DNA from: Eledone cirrhosa | Taxonomy: Eukaryota | Direction of reading: 5' to 3' | Assembly (NCBI GenBank): GCA_964016885.1 | Contig: OZ024741.1 | Span: 212,226,001-212,290,000 of the forward strand | Length of the DNA: 64,000 bases | Shown: positions 44,560 to 63,600 of the stretch, in pieces | How the letters are laid out: each line of letters opens with the position of its first letter | Numbering within the stretch: position 1 is the stretch's first letter | The notes under the pieces: model-generated | The model's database searches: none | Told to the model about the DNA's origin: nothing | What the model saw: the letters and a program-made list of their open reading frames with translations, nothing else | Translations under genes and position numbers: made by a program

Positions 44560-45488
44560 TTATAAAAAATGAAATAAAAAATCAAGTCATTAGAGATATA
44601 CTTCACTGCATTACGATCGTTTCTAGATGGTGATAATACATTGTATATATACTCAGCTATTGATCTATGTAAGTTTACAAACTATCAGATAGAGAGTATA
44701 TTTACTTACATGCCCATCACTAGCTGTTTCAAAAGCAATAATAATTTTATTCAATAATAATTTTACTCAGAATTAGCATCATGTCCATATTTGGAGGTAG
44801 TTGAAGAACTAACAAATCAAATTGTTTTTTTCATATGATGTTAAGATGAAAAGTAATACACTTTAGTTGAGGTTATGACCCTTTGAAAGGAATGGTTGAA
44901 AGATGTTAGTAGAAATGGCATAAAAATCTATTAGGAAGGAAGGGGATTGTCAAACTGATAGTTGAATGTATCTTGTATAGTGAATTTAAAAGGAATGTCA
45001 AAATAAATGGTGATTAGTGTTATATTGAGTTTTAAGGTGAATACAAATTAATGTTATGGCTAGGAAAGATAGTATATTAAAAGATGAAAATTATAATAAA
45101 ATAATGAGATATAGTAATGCGATAATATACAACTTAACCAACACAATATAGTACGGTGTGGTAAATTTTACTCAGTATAATATAACATATTATACGCTCT
45201 AAAATATTACTAAGTATGTTTAAGCAAAAACAATCAAACTCAGGTAAGTACTTGTTAGCATAGTTAAAATGTCATAGTCTACAAAGTGCATATATTCACA
45301 CTACATATAGAGAGAGGTACAGTTATATTGATATCTAACCAAAATATACATACGTGCAAATAGATGCAAACCTAAATACACATCCAGACGCATAAAATAT
45401 AATCATATTTATATACATATCCATACATATCTATAATCACACATACACATCTATACTCCCATATATATATATACATATACACACACAT

Positions 45489-45579
<91 letters not shown>

Positions 45580-45604
45580 TTTATATATATATATATATAT
45601 TTAA

Positions 45605-49132
<3,528 letters not shown>

Positions 49133-49251
49133 TATATATATATAAATATATATATACACACACACTCATACATACATACATATATACATACACATATATA
49201 TACACACACACATACATATATACATACATATATACATACACATATACACAC

Positions 49252-49290
<39 letters not shown>

Positions 49291-49427
49291 CATATATATA
49301 TTTATATATATACATATACAACACACACACACATATATATACACACACACTTGTGTGAGTATATGTACAATCCTCTTACATGTGCACATACTCATATATA
49401 AACATTCATACACCTATACTGACATAT

Positions 49428-49493
<66 letters not shown>

Positions 49494-49586
49494 GTATATA
49501 TATATATATACATACATATACACATACATACACATACACACATACATACACAAGCATATACATATATACACATATACACATACATA

Positions 49587-49632
<46 letters not shown>

Positions 49633-49641
49633 TACATAAAC

Positions 49642-49678
<37 letters not shown>

Positions 49679-49682
<4 letters not shown>

Positions 49683-50192
49683 CAAATAACGAAACGAAAT
49701 TAAATTTCGTTTCGTTTGTAACTCACTTTTGTATGACTGACGCTTAAACAATTAAGTTAAAAATGTACATCCACATATGTATACTGAAATACTAGTATGC
49801 ATATGAATACACACACGTATACATATGTAGATGTACCGAGTTTTTCACTGGTCACTTTACTGTGAGTGTCCAGCTATTCTGTATGTAAACACACAGACAA
49901 ACCGGTTTTTAGAGTCATACTGGTTTTTGAGGAAACACCTTTCCTCTATTCTCCAGAAAGCCAGGCAAGGAATATTGAACTAGTTTCGATGTTGTTACAT
50001 CTCATCAGCAATATTTACCTATCTTCCGGCCTCTCTAGAGAATCGTAAAAGCACATATCGTTATATGCTTTTTCTATGACACTCACAGTAAAGTGACCAG
50101 TGAAAAACTCGGTACATCTACATATGTATACGTGTGTGTATTCATACGAATACTAGTATTTCAGTATACATATGTGGATGTACATTTTTAAC

Positions 50193-50200
<8 letters not shown>
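49679..50200 (-). mobile_element. Divergent hammerhead-bearing non-coding element; HHR 49971-50015; inversion 50078-50198
   Basis: AATATTG-CTGATGA-GATG/CATC-GAAA-CTAG-TT-CAATATT; 3' end AAATTTAATTTCGTTTCGTT resembles that of the 438-bp family. Confidence 0.8.
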
Positions 50201-50254
<54 letters not shown>

Positions 50255-50257
<3 letters not shown>

Positions 50258-50900
50258 TAAATATATTTCCATATCATACATAGATGTTTATGTTTACTCT
50301 TGCAATTACGCGTGGCTGTGTATCTTGTTGCCTTTAGTCATTAACGCATAAATCTAAGGAAGCTAAAACATTAAAAGGCAAAAATAAGCATGAAAGCATA
50401 TACTTATGGGAAAGAGGTACTAATAAATGTTATTCTATACGGAATTATAGTGAGTTGCTATTTTGAATATTTAATTAGGTTTATAGTATTTAAATGTTTT
50501 TCGTATGCGGTGATTTCAGACTATGATCAATTCCTGTCTTTTATTTAATAAAACGTCCTTAGATTTAGTAACTTCCATGATCTCTCCTGAACATAATCTG
50601 CACCCCCCCCCTTGTTTCCAAGATATGGAGTTTTTTGTAGAATTGGGTTCCACGATAACTTAAAATATATTTTTTTCTTTTTATAATTATTTATTGCTTC
50701 AGTTAAAGATGTGATGCTTGCTAGTTTAGTATTGTTGAAACTACTAGTGTGTGCGTAAAATCTTTTCTTAAATGTGTTTGATGTAGATCCTATATATGTT
50801 TTGTTGGAGTCTGTAGTAGACACAGTGCATTTATATATTACATTATTAATCAAACAGTTTCTATTTAAGGGGAAAATTGTACCATTTCTGCAATTACAGT
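50255..50900 (-). mobile_element. Hydra-type PLE GIY-YIG fragment
   Basis: CNCRNG..PL, NVIYKCTV..TYIGSTSNTFKKRFYAH. Confidence 0.85.
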
Positions 50901-50951
50901 GTTTATATATGTGTTTATATATGTGTATATATATATATGTATATGTGTATG

Positions 50952-51024
<73 letters not shown>

Positions 51025-51693
51025 CCGTTAGCTTCTTGCTAAAACAATCTCTATACGTCTCATTTATATTTATACTCGGATTCTTTTCCTAGAGTGCTTA
51101 AACTATCTGTGACTAATCCCGGTTTTTTTCATAAAAACTGTGATAATTATTGCTATTTTGCTGAACTCCTTGTAGAGTTTTTTTCAGAATGTATTTGACT
51201 GCTATTTCTTGTAAATAAACATTCACTTCCATCCTGACGTCACTAGCCCCGTTTTTTCCTCATGTGCTTTTTCATAAATACACATGAAGGCGAACTAGCC
51301 AGTTTTAGAATTCCCTTTTTCGGACTATATTACTGTGAGAGCCCTGGTTTTCTGTTGAGCTCTGCTGATGAATGATATTCCAACCGTGACCATCTCCACT
51401 GAAAGTTTTCATGAAATAGTCTTTTAAGACTATACAGAGCATTTGATGTTATTCCAAATTGAAGGATAAGTGTTTCAAACTTTGTTTTATCATGAGTTAA
51501 AGGTCTATAGATTTTTCCATGGATTTTACTAAGTTCTGTGGATGAATTTGTATCCTGATTCTCTTTTGAGATGAGTTTGAGTTATTTTTCCTAAATCTTT
51601 CGTTAACTACTTTTCCCATCTTGACGTTATAGTCGCATATATGTTATAGAATGCCGTTAGCTTCTTGCTAAAACAATCTCTATACGTCTCATT

Positions 51694-51735
<42 letters not shown>

Positions 51736-53069
51736 AGTATAGGTGTATGAATGTTTATATATGAGTATGTGCACATGTAAGAGGAGTGTACATATACTCA
51801 CACAAGTGTGTGTATATAATATTTGTATGTATGTGTGTTGTATATGTATATATATATATATAGAGATATATGTATATATATATATGTGTGTATATGTGTA
51901 TGTATATATGTATGTATATATGTATGTGTGTATGTATATGTATGTACATTTATATGTATGTATGTATGAGTGTGTGTGTATATATATGTGTGTGTGTGTG
52001 TATATGTATATGTATATATGGGAGTATAGATGTGTATGTGTGAATATAGATATGTATGGATATGTATATATATGATTATATGCATGCGTGTGGATGTGTA
52101 TTTCGGTTTGCATCTATTTGCACGTATGTATATTTTGGTTAGATATCAATATAACGGTACCTCTCTCTATTTGTAGTGTGAATATATGCACTTTGTAGAC
52201 TATGAAATTTATGTGTTTTAACTATGCCAACAAGTACTTCTCTGAGTTTGATTGTTTATGCATAAACATGCTTAGTAATATATTAGAGCGTATAATATGT
52301 TAAATTATACTGAGTGCAATTTACCACACCGTACTATACTGTGTTGGTTAAGTTGTATATTATCGCATTACTATATCTCATTATCTCATTATAATTTTCA
52401 TATTTTAATATACCATCTTTCCTAGCCATAACATTAATTTATATTCACCTTAAAACTCAATACAACACTAATCACCATTTATTTTGACATTCCTTTTAAA
52501 TTCACTATACAAGAAACATTCAACCATCAGTTTGACAATCCCCTTCCTTCCTAATAGATTTTTATGCCATTTCTATTAACACCTTTCAACCATTCCTTTC
52601 AAAGGATCATGACCTCAACTAAAGTGTATTACTTTTCATCTTAACATCATATGAAAAAAAAAACAATTTGATTCGTTTGTTCTTCAACTACCTCCAAATA
52701 TGGACATGATACTAATTCTGAGTGAAATTATTATTTATTAACATTATTATTGCTTTTGAAAACAGCTAGTGATATGCATGTAATTAAATATTCTCTCTAT
52801 CTAATAGTTTGTAAACTTACATAGATCAATAACTGAGTATAGATACAATGTATTATCACCATCTAGAAACGATCGTAAAGCAGTGAAGTATATCTCTAAT
52901 GACTTGATTTTTTTATTTCATTGTTTTAACTTATATCATGACTCTGTTTTCCTTTTAATGTTTCATTGTTTTCTGAGATTTATCTTAACCTACAATATTT
53001 TCAACATATGGATTACATTGAGTTCTTCATACAGAATAGACCCCACAACTTACAGTGGATACCTCTGTG

Positions 53070-53186
<117 letters not shown>

Positions 53187-53691
53187 TGAGTTGTATATAT
53201 ATCTATACAATTATACATACATACATACATTTTTGTTCTCCGAATCAAATCATCTTGATTTGTGATTGCGTGTCAGAGCTGAAGCAATTACATCTGCAGT
53301 TGAATTGTACGCTCATCGTCAAAACCGACGGAATTTACATGTATACATCCATCATATAAATGAACTATATTCCAGCACAGATGTAATAGATAGAACATTC
53401 ATTCTCCTTATGTCTACGATTGATAGAATTGCATCTAACTTTAGAAACTCAAGCTTCAACTGCTGCAAAAGAATTATTTGAAAATATCTAGAGACATTTT
53501 TCTTTTCCAATTTTTTCCCACTATCTCTTAACAGCAAAAAGTTTAATTAATTTCAACTTTCCAGAAAACGTCTTTTCTTTTTTGTTTTCTTCTCATTTTC
53601 ATATCCTTACCAGTTCTATGGTTTCCGAAAAAGTTATCTGAAGGCGTAAAGTACAGACAACAATGCGTTTTAATCTGTACCCAAAGAAGCA

Positions 53692-53724
<33 letters not shown>

Positions 53725-54130
53725 TATTTTGTTTTAATTTAATTTTTTTTCTTAATTTAATTTTTTTTTTTAATTTAATTTTTTTTTTCCAATGATAATA
53801 TTGTAATATGAAAACACCCAGAAAGTAAATTAAAAATAGTTACGTACATGAATAGTGATTATTCGTTCCTGGTAATGTCAAGACAAATAGAAAAAATATA
53901 CAATATAAATATGGTCATTATTATTCCAGTAATGCACTGGGTAATTGCTGGCCTTGTGCCTAAAGTAGAAACAATTATTATTGTATATAACGAACATATT
54001 ATTGTATATAACGAACATATATATATAAACCAACAGCTTTAACTAAAATTATTTTACTGACTCACTAAAGGCGAACTTTATGAGACAAATAGCCAAGAAT
54101 GTATATATATATATATATATACATATATGT

Positions 54131-57100
54131 AGGAGGTGAGTTTTATTGTAGTACAATAAAGCAATGCAGATATCGGATAAGAAGCACTCTACAGTTTGTG
54201 GGAATGGAGTATGCATAATATAAGATCAAAAGATGGTTAAAGGAGTTCCATATATTTTATTATGCGCATTTCAAAAACAAACATCATCATGCAATAATAT
54301 TTGTGTTTTCATCAGATAAAATAGGAGAACATGATATGAAGGCTAAAAAACACTTGTGGATAGTGCAGTTTTAAATCAACATATGAAAAGTGGTTTTAGA
54401 TTGATGTGTGATATTGGGAAAAATATTTTATTTAGAGAGGGGGGGAAAGGATGAAAAGGGAAGGAGATGAGAGGGAGAGATGGGTGATAGAGAGAAAGAG
54501 ATAGTTTTTATAACTGAGAGGAGATATATTTTTTACATAGAGAGGTTGAAAACCGTTGGAAGATACTGTATAAATTAAAAATTTTGAAAATTAACGAAGG
54601 GAGGATATGTGCGAGGAAAAAGTATTTTATTTAGGGAGGGGGGGGGGTGGAAAGGATGAAAAAAGGGGGAGGAGATGAGAGTGAAGGTGGAGAGGGAGAG
54701 ATGGGTGATAGAGAGAAAGAGATAGTTTTTATAACTGAGAAAAAGATATATTGTTTTAATATAGAGAGGTTGGGAACCGTTGGAAGATAATGTATAAATT
54801 AAAGGAATTTGAAAAATAACGAAGGGAAATTATGTATGAAGATAGAGAGAAAAAAATAATAATTGTGGGTGAATATTCTAACGTCAAAAAAAGAAATGTA
54901 TGTATTGTGGCAATTTCAAAATTAGCGAAGAGAAAAATTGTTAAGGTTTGTGTGTAGAGGGATTTGAGAAAAATAATGTGAAGTTAAAGTTTGTATATTG
55001 ATTGAATTGATAATATGTGCGAATAAAGAGTTAATATGTATTAAAAATGAGTTCGTTGATGGGGAGAAAAAAATAATAATAAATTAAGGATGAAATTGAG
55101 ATTAAAAAGATTTATGATAGAGAGAAAAAATAATAATGATTGCGGAAGAATATTCTAATGTCAAAACAAATGTTATGATTTTACAAGAAGATAGAATGAG
55201 GGTAATGAGTAAACGAGTATTATAGAGTGTATAATGCCCTTTAAAGTAAGGTAGATGGGTAGATTTTAAAGAGGTGTATGTATATGTGCCTTTGAGAAAA
55301 GATTCTAAATTGATAAAGAATTGAATATTAACTGTATACTTTGTGAAAAGTTCTATGGAATTTATGCAGGCAGATAGAAAACAGATCTGAGCGTCTATTT
55401 ATTATAGAATCTAGGTTAGAGATAATGGTAAATTTTCCATTTAGGCAGAGATTACAGATTTTAGATAGAGAGCTGTTCAAGTATGAGGATGCAGAAGAAA
55501 TCTTCTTCCAAAAGATGGTATATTTAATGTTTTTGTCTTTTAAGGACCATATGAGTTCTGAGAGAGCAGTGTTAGTTCTTTTAAGTTTGTATTTGTATCT
55601 TTCAAATACAAACTTAAAAGAACTAACTATATATATATATATATAGGAGGTGAGTTTTATTGTAGTACAATAAAGCAATGCAGATATCGGATAAGAAGCA
55701 CTCTACAGTTTGTAGGACTGGAGTATACATAATATAAGATCAAAAGATGGTTAAAGGAGTTCCATGTATTTTATTATGCGCATTTCAAAAACAAACATCA
55801 TCATGCAATAATATTTGTGTTTTCATCAGATAAAACAGGAGAACATGATATGAAGGCTAAAAAACACTTGTGGATAGTGCAGTTTTAAATCAACATATGA
55901 AAAGTGGTTTTAGATTGATGTGTGATATTGGGAAAAATATTTTATTTAGAGAGGGGGGGTGGAAAGGATGAAAAAGGGGAGGAGATGAGAGGGAGAGATG
56001 GGTGATAGAGAGAAAGAGATAGTTTTTATAACTGAGAGGAGATATAGATTCTATAATAAATAGACGTACAGATTTGTTTTCTATCTGCCTGCATAAATTC
56101 CATAGAACTTTTCACAAAGTATACAGTTAATATTCAATTCTTTATCAATTTAGAATCTTTTCTCAAAGGCACATATACATACACCTCTTTAAAATATACC
56201 CATCTACCTTACTTTAAAGGGCATTATACACTCTATAATACTCGTTTACTCATTACCCTCATTCTATCTTCTTGTAAAATCATAACATTTGTTTTGACAT
56301 TAGAATATTCTTCCGCAATCATTATTATTTTTTCTCTCTATCATAAATCTTTTTAATCTCAATTTCATCCTTAATTTATTATTATTTTTTTCTCCCCATC
56401 AACGAACTCATTTTTAATACATATTAACTCTTTATTCGCACATATTATCAATTCAATCAATATACAAACTTTAACTTCACATTATTTTTCTCAAATCCCT
56501 CTACACACAAACCTTAACAATTTTTCTCTTCGCTAATTTTGAAATTGCCACAATACATACATTTCTTTTTTTGACGTTAGAATATTCACCCACAATTATT
56601 ATTTTTTTCTCTCTATCTTCATACATAATTTCCCTTCGTTATTTTTCAAATTCCTTTAATTTATACATTATCTTCCAACGGTTCCCAACCTCTCTATATT
56701 AAAACAATATATCTTTTTCTCAGTTATAAAAACTATCTCTTTCTCTCTATCACCCATCTCTCCCTCTCCACCTTCACTCTCATCTCCTCCCCCTTTTTTT
56801 CATCCTTTCCACCCCCCCTCCCTAAATAAAATATTTTTTCCTCGCACATATCCTCCCTTCGTTAATTTTCAAAATTTTTAATTTATACAGTATCTTCCAA
56901 CGGTTTTCAACCTCTCTATGTAAAAAATATATCTCCTCTCAGTTATAAAAAACTATCTCTTTCTCTCTATCACCCATCTCTCCCTCTCATCTCCTTCCCT
57001 TTTCATCCCCCCCCCCCCTCTCTAAATAAAATATTTTCCCCAATATCACACATCAATCTAAAACCACTTTTCATATGTTGATTTAAAACTGCACTATCCA

Positions 57101-57243
57101 CAAGTGTTTTTTAGCCTTCATATCATGTTCTCCTATTTTATCTGATGAAAACACAAATATTATTGCATGATGATGTTTGTTTTTGAAATGCGCATAATAA
57201 AATATATGGAACTCCTTTAACCATCTTTTGATCTTATATTATA
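54131..57243 (-). mobile_element. Hydra-type PLE remnant: EN C-terminus (55328-55620) + 3' UTR, tandem terminal repeat 55645-56045, inverted copy 56046-57243; HHRs 54253-54323 (-), 55767-55837 (-), 57134-57204 (+)
   Basis: TALSELIWSLK, CNLC, INRRSDLFSICLH. HHR TATTTTAT-CTGATGA-..-GAAA-TGCGCA-TA-ATAAAATA. Confidence 0.88.
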
Positions 57244-57905
57244 TATACATATATATATATTGAGTAAAATGACACGAGGCTGGACTGTTGAAATTCCTTC
57301 AAAGATTTATTATAGCAAACACTATGCACATTTCAATGCCTGGTTGCGTCGAGTGCTTTTCATATTATTACATCACGGTTGACTATACGGAATGACTAGT
57401 TTTATCCAGTGGTAAACTAAGTGGTAAACCAAGGTATTTCGTAAGTAGAAAATATAGCAACGTAACCGCGATGTGGCCACTACCCGCAAGACGATATATC
57501 GATCTACCATGATCAATCAACCCTCTGAAACGATAAAAAAACCAATCAATTAATTATCCACCTATCTCTGACATTATTTTCATTGTTCAATACACAAACA
57601 CATACATACACACGCGCGCACGTGTGTGGATATGTCTGTGTGTGTGTGTATATGTGTATGTGTGTGTGATCATGGAGGCGAGTAAATCTTTGGTCACATT
57701 CAACACCGACGGCCGCTCCCCACTGTCTCGGCATTGTATACTACGAAAATGCAGCCGCATGAACAAAAGATAAGAAGCACACAGGCACCCCCCCCATTCT
57801 AAAACCACGTTACGTTGTATGTCTCTGGTGAATGGTAGATGTGTGCGTATATCATGCAATTGCAAGTGAGGGTATGCATTAAAGGCTAAATCTTGTGCAT
57901 ATATA

Positions 57906-58055
57906 GGCGGCGAATTGGCAGTCATTAGAACGCCGGTTAGAAAGCTTTATGGTAATCGTTCCGGTTCTCTGAGTTCAAATCCCGCCGAAGTCAACTTTTC
58001 CTTTTATCCTTTCGAGGTCAATAAGAAAAAGCACCAGTCTAGTACTGGGGTCGAT
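57906..58055 (+). mobile_element. tRNA-derived SINE with Nin/Deu-like core; tail fragments at 58258-58330 and 53925-53983
   Basis: GGCGGCGAATTGGCAG...GAGTTCAAATCCCGCCG..TCAACTTT.CCTTT.ATCCTTTCG. Confidence 0.75.
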
Positions 58056-58384
58056 CCTTCCTCTATATCTCTTTCTCATTTCCTCTGTCTCACTTTCTAT
58101 CTCAGAAAGAAATCTGCTGTATCAGGCCGGAAGAGGATGGGCTCCGTCAGGCTTAAAATGGCCCTAAAACACCGTGTCTCAGTACGATGCCTCTACTTCT
58201 ATCAAGAGTTACGGGACCATACATACCCATACTATATATATACACACACACATATATAGGGTCGATAAAATAAAGTACCAGTAATGTACTGGGTAATTGC
58301 TGGCCTTGTGCCAAAAGTAGAAACAATTATATATATATATATATTATAATTATAATTATATATATATATATAACTCTTTAATAT

Positions 58385-60608
58385 ATATATATATACATAT
58401 ATATATTAAAGAGTTAAACAAGATTCAATGAGTACATCAAAGAATGAGTTTTACAGTAGATTGGAAGCATTCTACAGTAAAAAATATTTTTCAAGAGTTA
58501 TTAATTTTAAAATACAAATATTAATAAAATAGATGTTCTTTTGATCAATTAAATTTTATTATACATATTTCAGAGGTACAACAGTACGTCCTCATCAGAC
58601 AAAATATAATGATACATGACATACCATGATATGTTAAATGATTAATATTTAATGAAGGTAGTGATTAATCTAAGAGAAAACTCAACATTTATACCCTAAT
58701 AATGAGAACATGCGAAAACGTAATAAATTCAATAGAGGATGTATGAGAGAGAAAAACGTTGCTTAATGTGACAGTTATAGAGATTTTAACATGTGGGATA
58801 CTACAAATTGAGATTATCTAGGAAAACGTTTCTTGAACTATAACAGTTTATGAAGGCAACTGATCGAAGATTTAAAGAGAGGGAGAGATAAAGAGAGTAA
58901 TATATGCAGAAACAATTTGAAAGGCTAAACGGTTAAGTTTCAAAATATTTAATTTATGTTATTTTAAGAGTGAAGAATCAAAATTTTAAGTTTTTTAAAA
59001 GTTGATGGTTATTTATATTTATTAATTTTATAAATTCTATAAATGTGTTAACATTTCTAAAATTCTGAATGTTATGAAGACAACATTTAAACATTTAAAC
59101 ATTTAACTTGACCAGCGAAAGGAAAATTTACACTGTTGAATATTTCTTAAATGTAATCTTTAACGAAAATTACCTATAAGAATGTCAACATTTTCGGTAT
59201 GTAAAGCTGATGAAGTACTTATTGTTAGAAATATCTAAACATTTATTTTCAAGTAGTTAGTGTAATGATTAACGCAGAGTTTTCAGCCACATATATATAT
59301 GTGTGTGGAATTATGGTAATAAATTAATATTTGTTATATCATATTAAATCTGTATATAAGTTCTACCTTCATGAGAGGAATAACATCTAAATAATAAATA
59401 TGCTATTGTAAAATATATCTATATTTGCACACACTATATATTTGCACAAACTATATATAGCGTTAAACCAAAACGGTAATTATGTTATTATACACTATAG
59501 ATATATATGCAAGAAAAATCAAAAGCTGAGATATACGTAACTAATAATATGATTATGTTATTATACAGATACACATATTTTCAAAAATAAAAATTATATA
59601 TAAAGAGATATACTAACTATTAATGAGCCAGTATACTTATAAAATAATAGATTCAAATATGCTAACGTCAAATACATTCATATATATAAAAGAGTGTAAA
59701 GGCATGAATTATGCACAATTCAAAATAAATAATCTAAAAATTTAAAAATTATCTAAAAATTAGGTATAGCGAGATATGCTAAGTATTAGTGAGACAGTAT
59801 ACTTTTGGTAAATGATAACGATTATAATATTATATAATAGATTTCAACATGTTAAAGTTAAATACATGCATATATATAAAAAGAGTGTAAACGCATGGAT
59901 GATTCACAGTTCAAAATATGATCCATAAAAATGTACAGGTTGGATATTTGAACTATATTTAATTCATGGATAGAAAAATATAAAGTTAGGTATATTTAAA
60001 AACTTACAAAATATAAATACATACATATTATGAATAAATAAATGAGTGTAAACACATGAATGATTCACAGTTAAAAATAAGTTCCGTAAAAATGTACAGG
60101 TTGGATATTTAAACTAAAATTAAAACTTAGATAGGAAAATAAAGATAGAGAAATAACGGTATGGATCAAAGTTAATAATATGTTATGTATATGAACGTGT
60201 CAGCGTGTTATTGAACAAGTGTAATTAATTCGAGCGTTATTCCTTCTATAGATAGTTATAATATAAAGCAATATTAAAGGCCATTAAGGTTTTCAACTGC
60301 TGATTATTTACGTCTAAAAACCAAGTTTAGTGGCTTAGTGTTTTTTTTCCTGGTCTTATGGGAGGCTTGGAATGTAGACGTAGCTTTATGAAGGCAATTA
60401 GAGAATAATTCACTTTTTTTGTTAATTAGGATCTCATAGTTATTAATAAGCAACAGGGTCTCCATTGTACAGAGCGCGCAGTTACTTCATATACTTGAGT
60501 TGCGGTAAATTCCGAAGTTTAGTCCAAAAAATGGAGTGTTTTAAATTCCTCTCTTTTAATGACCATATGAGCTGTGATAAAGAAGTGGATGATTTTCTCT
60601 TGGAGTTC
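58385..60608 (-). mobile_element. Inverted copy of the 3' end of the downstream PLE, with HHR 58553-58605
   Basis: Reverse complement of 62677-64000 and beyond. HHR ATTTTGT-CTGATGA-..GTAC/GTAC..-GAAA-TATGTA-TA-ATAAAAT. Confidence 0.88.
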
Positions 60609-63600
60609 TTTGATATATACTCATCTTGGAGTTCTTTAATATATATACTGCTCCCAACTGGTTGAGCGCTTTTCTATACAATAGATTGCATATTCAAGAA
60701 ATATGGATTTCTTAAACTTCCCGACTTCCCTCAAAGATATAACCATACCTTCAAATGAAGAATACACGAGGAAAACTATCGAACAGACAAACTCTTTTAT
60801 TAGAAAATTGAGATGGCGAGCATTTAATTTCGAAAATAAAGATGCTGAAAGAAAAACCAACAACACTCATTTTGAATCTCTATTTAATCAAGAAAGAATC
60901 CTCCATACAACAAACTCCTGGAGGATTTTGAAACAGAAATGCTCGGTATAATTAAAAAAATTAAATTTAGGAAAACCCATATATAGGTCACCAATACCTT
61001 AGAAGTCTAAAAGAAAAAAACACGGAAATAAAAAAAGTTTACAAAATATTGGTTAAATCGGACAAAACTAATAATTTATATGGGATAAACAAAGATGAAT
61101 ATAACAATTTGATTTTAAAGGAACTTAGGAAAAATTATTTTAAAAAAGCCCCGGCTCATCTTACTGAAATTAACGAAGATGCCTATAAATTAATTACCAA
61201 TTTAGGAATAGAAGGAAGAACCGCGCCATTTATACCTAGTCAGCCGAGGATTAACTTAAAGGATCACAACATAAACTTTGAGGAAGATATGCCAGTTAGA
61301 TTGATTGCTCCATCCAAATCGGATATTGGAGTAATCAGTAAAAAACATCATAGATAGAATATTTCCCACTCTTAAATTGAGATCTAATTTGAGATTGTGG
61401 AAAGATACAAATGAAGTCATTGAATGGTACAGGAATATAGATGATAAGAAAAACCATAGATTCATCCAGATGGACATAACAAGCTACTATTCTTCCACAA
61501 CACCTAACCTACTATATAAGGCTCTTTCATATGCTAATAAGCATACTGATCTAACCACGGATTAAATTGATATCATACTAACAGCCAGAAGAACTCTTAT
61601 TAACTTCAACAATGAATATTGGACCCGCTCAGATAGAGATAGAAACTTTGATTTCACTAAGGGGGCATCCGATTCTGCGCAAATCACAGATCTTCTGGGA
61701 ATTTTCATATTAAATATGATAAATAGAAAACTGCCGGAGATTACCGGTGGTTTATATAGGGACAACGTTTTATTTACGGTGGTCAAACACAATAATATAG
61801 AACTAAATAGAGTAAAGAAAAGTATAATAGAATTCTTTAAAATGTATGACCTTAAGTTAGAAGTAGAAAACGGTACCAAAATAGTTAATTTCCTAGACGT
61901 TACCTTTAACTTAAACACTGGCTTTTATTACCCTTTTCATAAGCCCAATGAAAACTTAAACTATGTTACTAACCATTCCAATCACCCTAAATCTGTAAAA
62001 AAAAAGCTATAGTAAATAATGTGCAAAAGCGCATTAATAAAATATCAGCCAATAAAGCTATATTTGACGAAAATGCTGAAAACTACAACAACGCGTTAAA
62101 AATAGCAGTATATGAGAATAATATAGAATATGTAGATAATAATAATCCAAGTCTTAATCCTGATAAAAATAATAACATATATAAACGAAATACTAATAAT
62201 TATAATTCAAACACCCATACGCCAAACAAATTGAGGAAATGAACTAGAACTAAATCAGTCATATGGTTCGCCGCCCCTGCTTCAGTTGCAGTTAGAACAC
62301 CAATTGCAAAACTATTCTATAATACTTTACACACCTCTTTCCCTACTCAACATAAATACAATTCTATTTTTAATAGACACACCATTAAATTGTCGTATTC
62401 TACAACTATGAATATAGCCCAAAATATTGCTAAATTAAACACTAAAATTCTAAAAGAGAATCAGCATAATGATCTTAATATTAGCGTTAACATAAATGAT
62501 ACTAAACCAAAATGTAATTGTAGAAATAAAACTGATTGCTCTCTGCAAAATAATTGTCTAGATAGTAATTTGGTTTATAAATGCACCGAAAAAACTGATC
62601 ACAACACATACAACTAAATAGGATCGACTTCTTCTACATTTAAAGCCAGATTTGCGAACCATAAATGCTCATTTTCGAACTCCAAGAGGAAATCATCCAC
62701 TTCTTTATCACAGCGCATATGGTCATTAAAAGAGAGGAATTTAAAAAACTCCATTCTTTGGACTAAACTTCGGAATTTACCGCAACTCAAGTATATGAAG
62801 TAACTGCGCGCTCTGTACAATGGAGACCCTGTTGCTTATTAATAACTATGAGACCCTAATTAACAAAAAAAGTGAATTATTCTCTAATTGCATTCATAAA
62901 GCTATGTCCACATTCCAAGCCTCCCATAAGACCAGGAAAAAAAACACTAAGCCACTAAACTTGTTTTTGACGTAAATAATCAACAGTTGAAAACCTTAAT
63001 GGCCTTTAATATTGCTTTATCTTATAACTATCTATAGAAGGAATAACGCTCGAATGAATGACATTTGTTCAATAACACGCTGACACATTGATATACATAA
63101 CATAATATTATTAACTTTGATCCATACCATCATTCTCTATCTTTATTTTCCTATCTAAGTTTTAATTTTAGTTTAAATATCCAACCTGTACATTTTTACG
63201 GAACTTATTTTTAACTGTGAATCATTCATGTGTTTACACTCTGTTATTTATTTATAATATGTATGTATTTATCTTTTGTATGTTTTTAAATATACCTACC
63301 TTTATATTTTTCTATCCATGATTTAAATATAGTTCAAATATCCAACCTGTAAATTTTTATGGACCTTATTTTGAACTGTGAATCATCTATGCGTTTACAC
63401 TCTTTTTATATATATGTATGTATTTAACTTTAGCATGTTGGAATATATTATGTAAGATTATAATCATTATCATTTACCAAAAGTATGGACCTTATTTTGA
63501 ACTGTGAATCATCAATGCGTTTACACTCTTTTTATATATATGTATATATTTAACATTAGCATGTTGGAATCTATTATATAAGATTATAATCGTTATCATT

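Noticed and set aside
59203-59240. CTGATGA...GAAA on the plus strand (also 51365)
   Set aside because: No supporting stems; at 59203 it is also antisense to the element. Likely chance.
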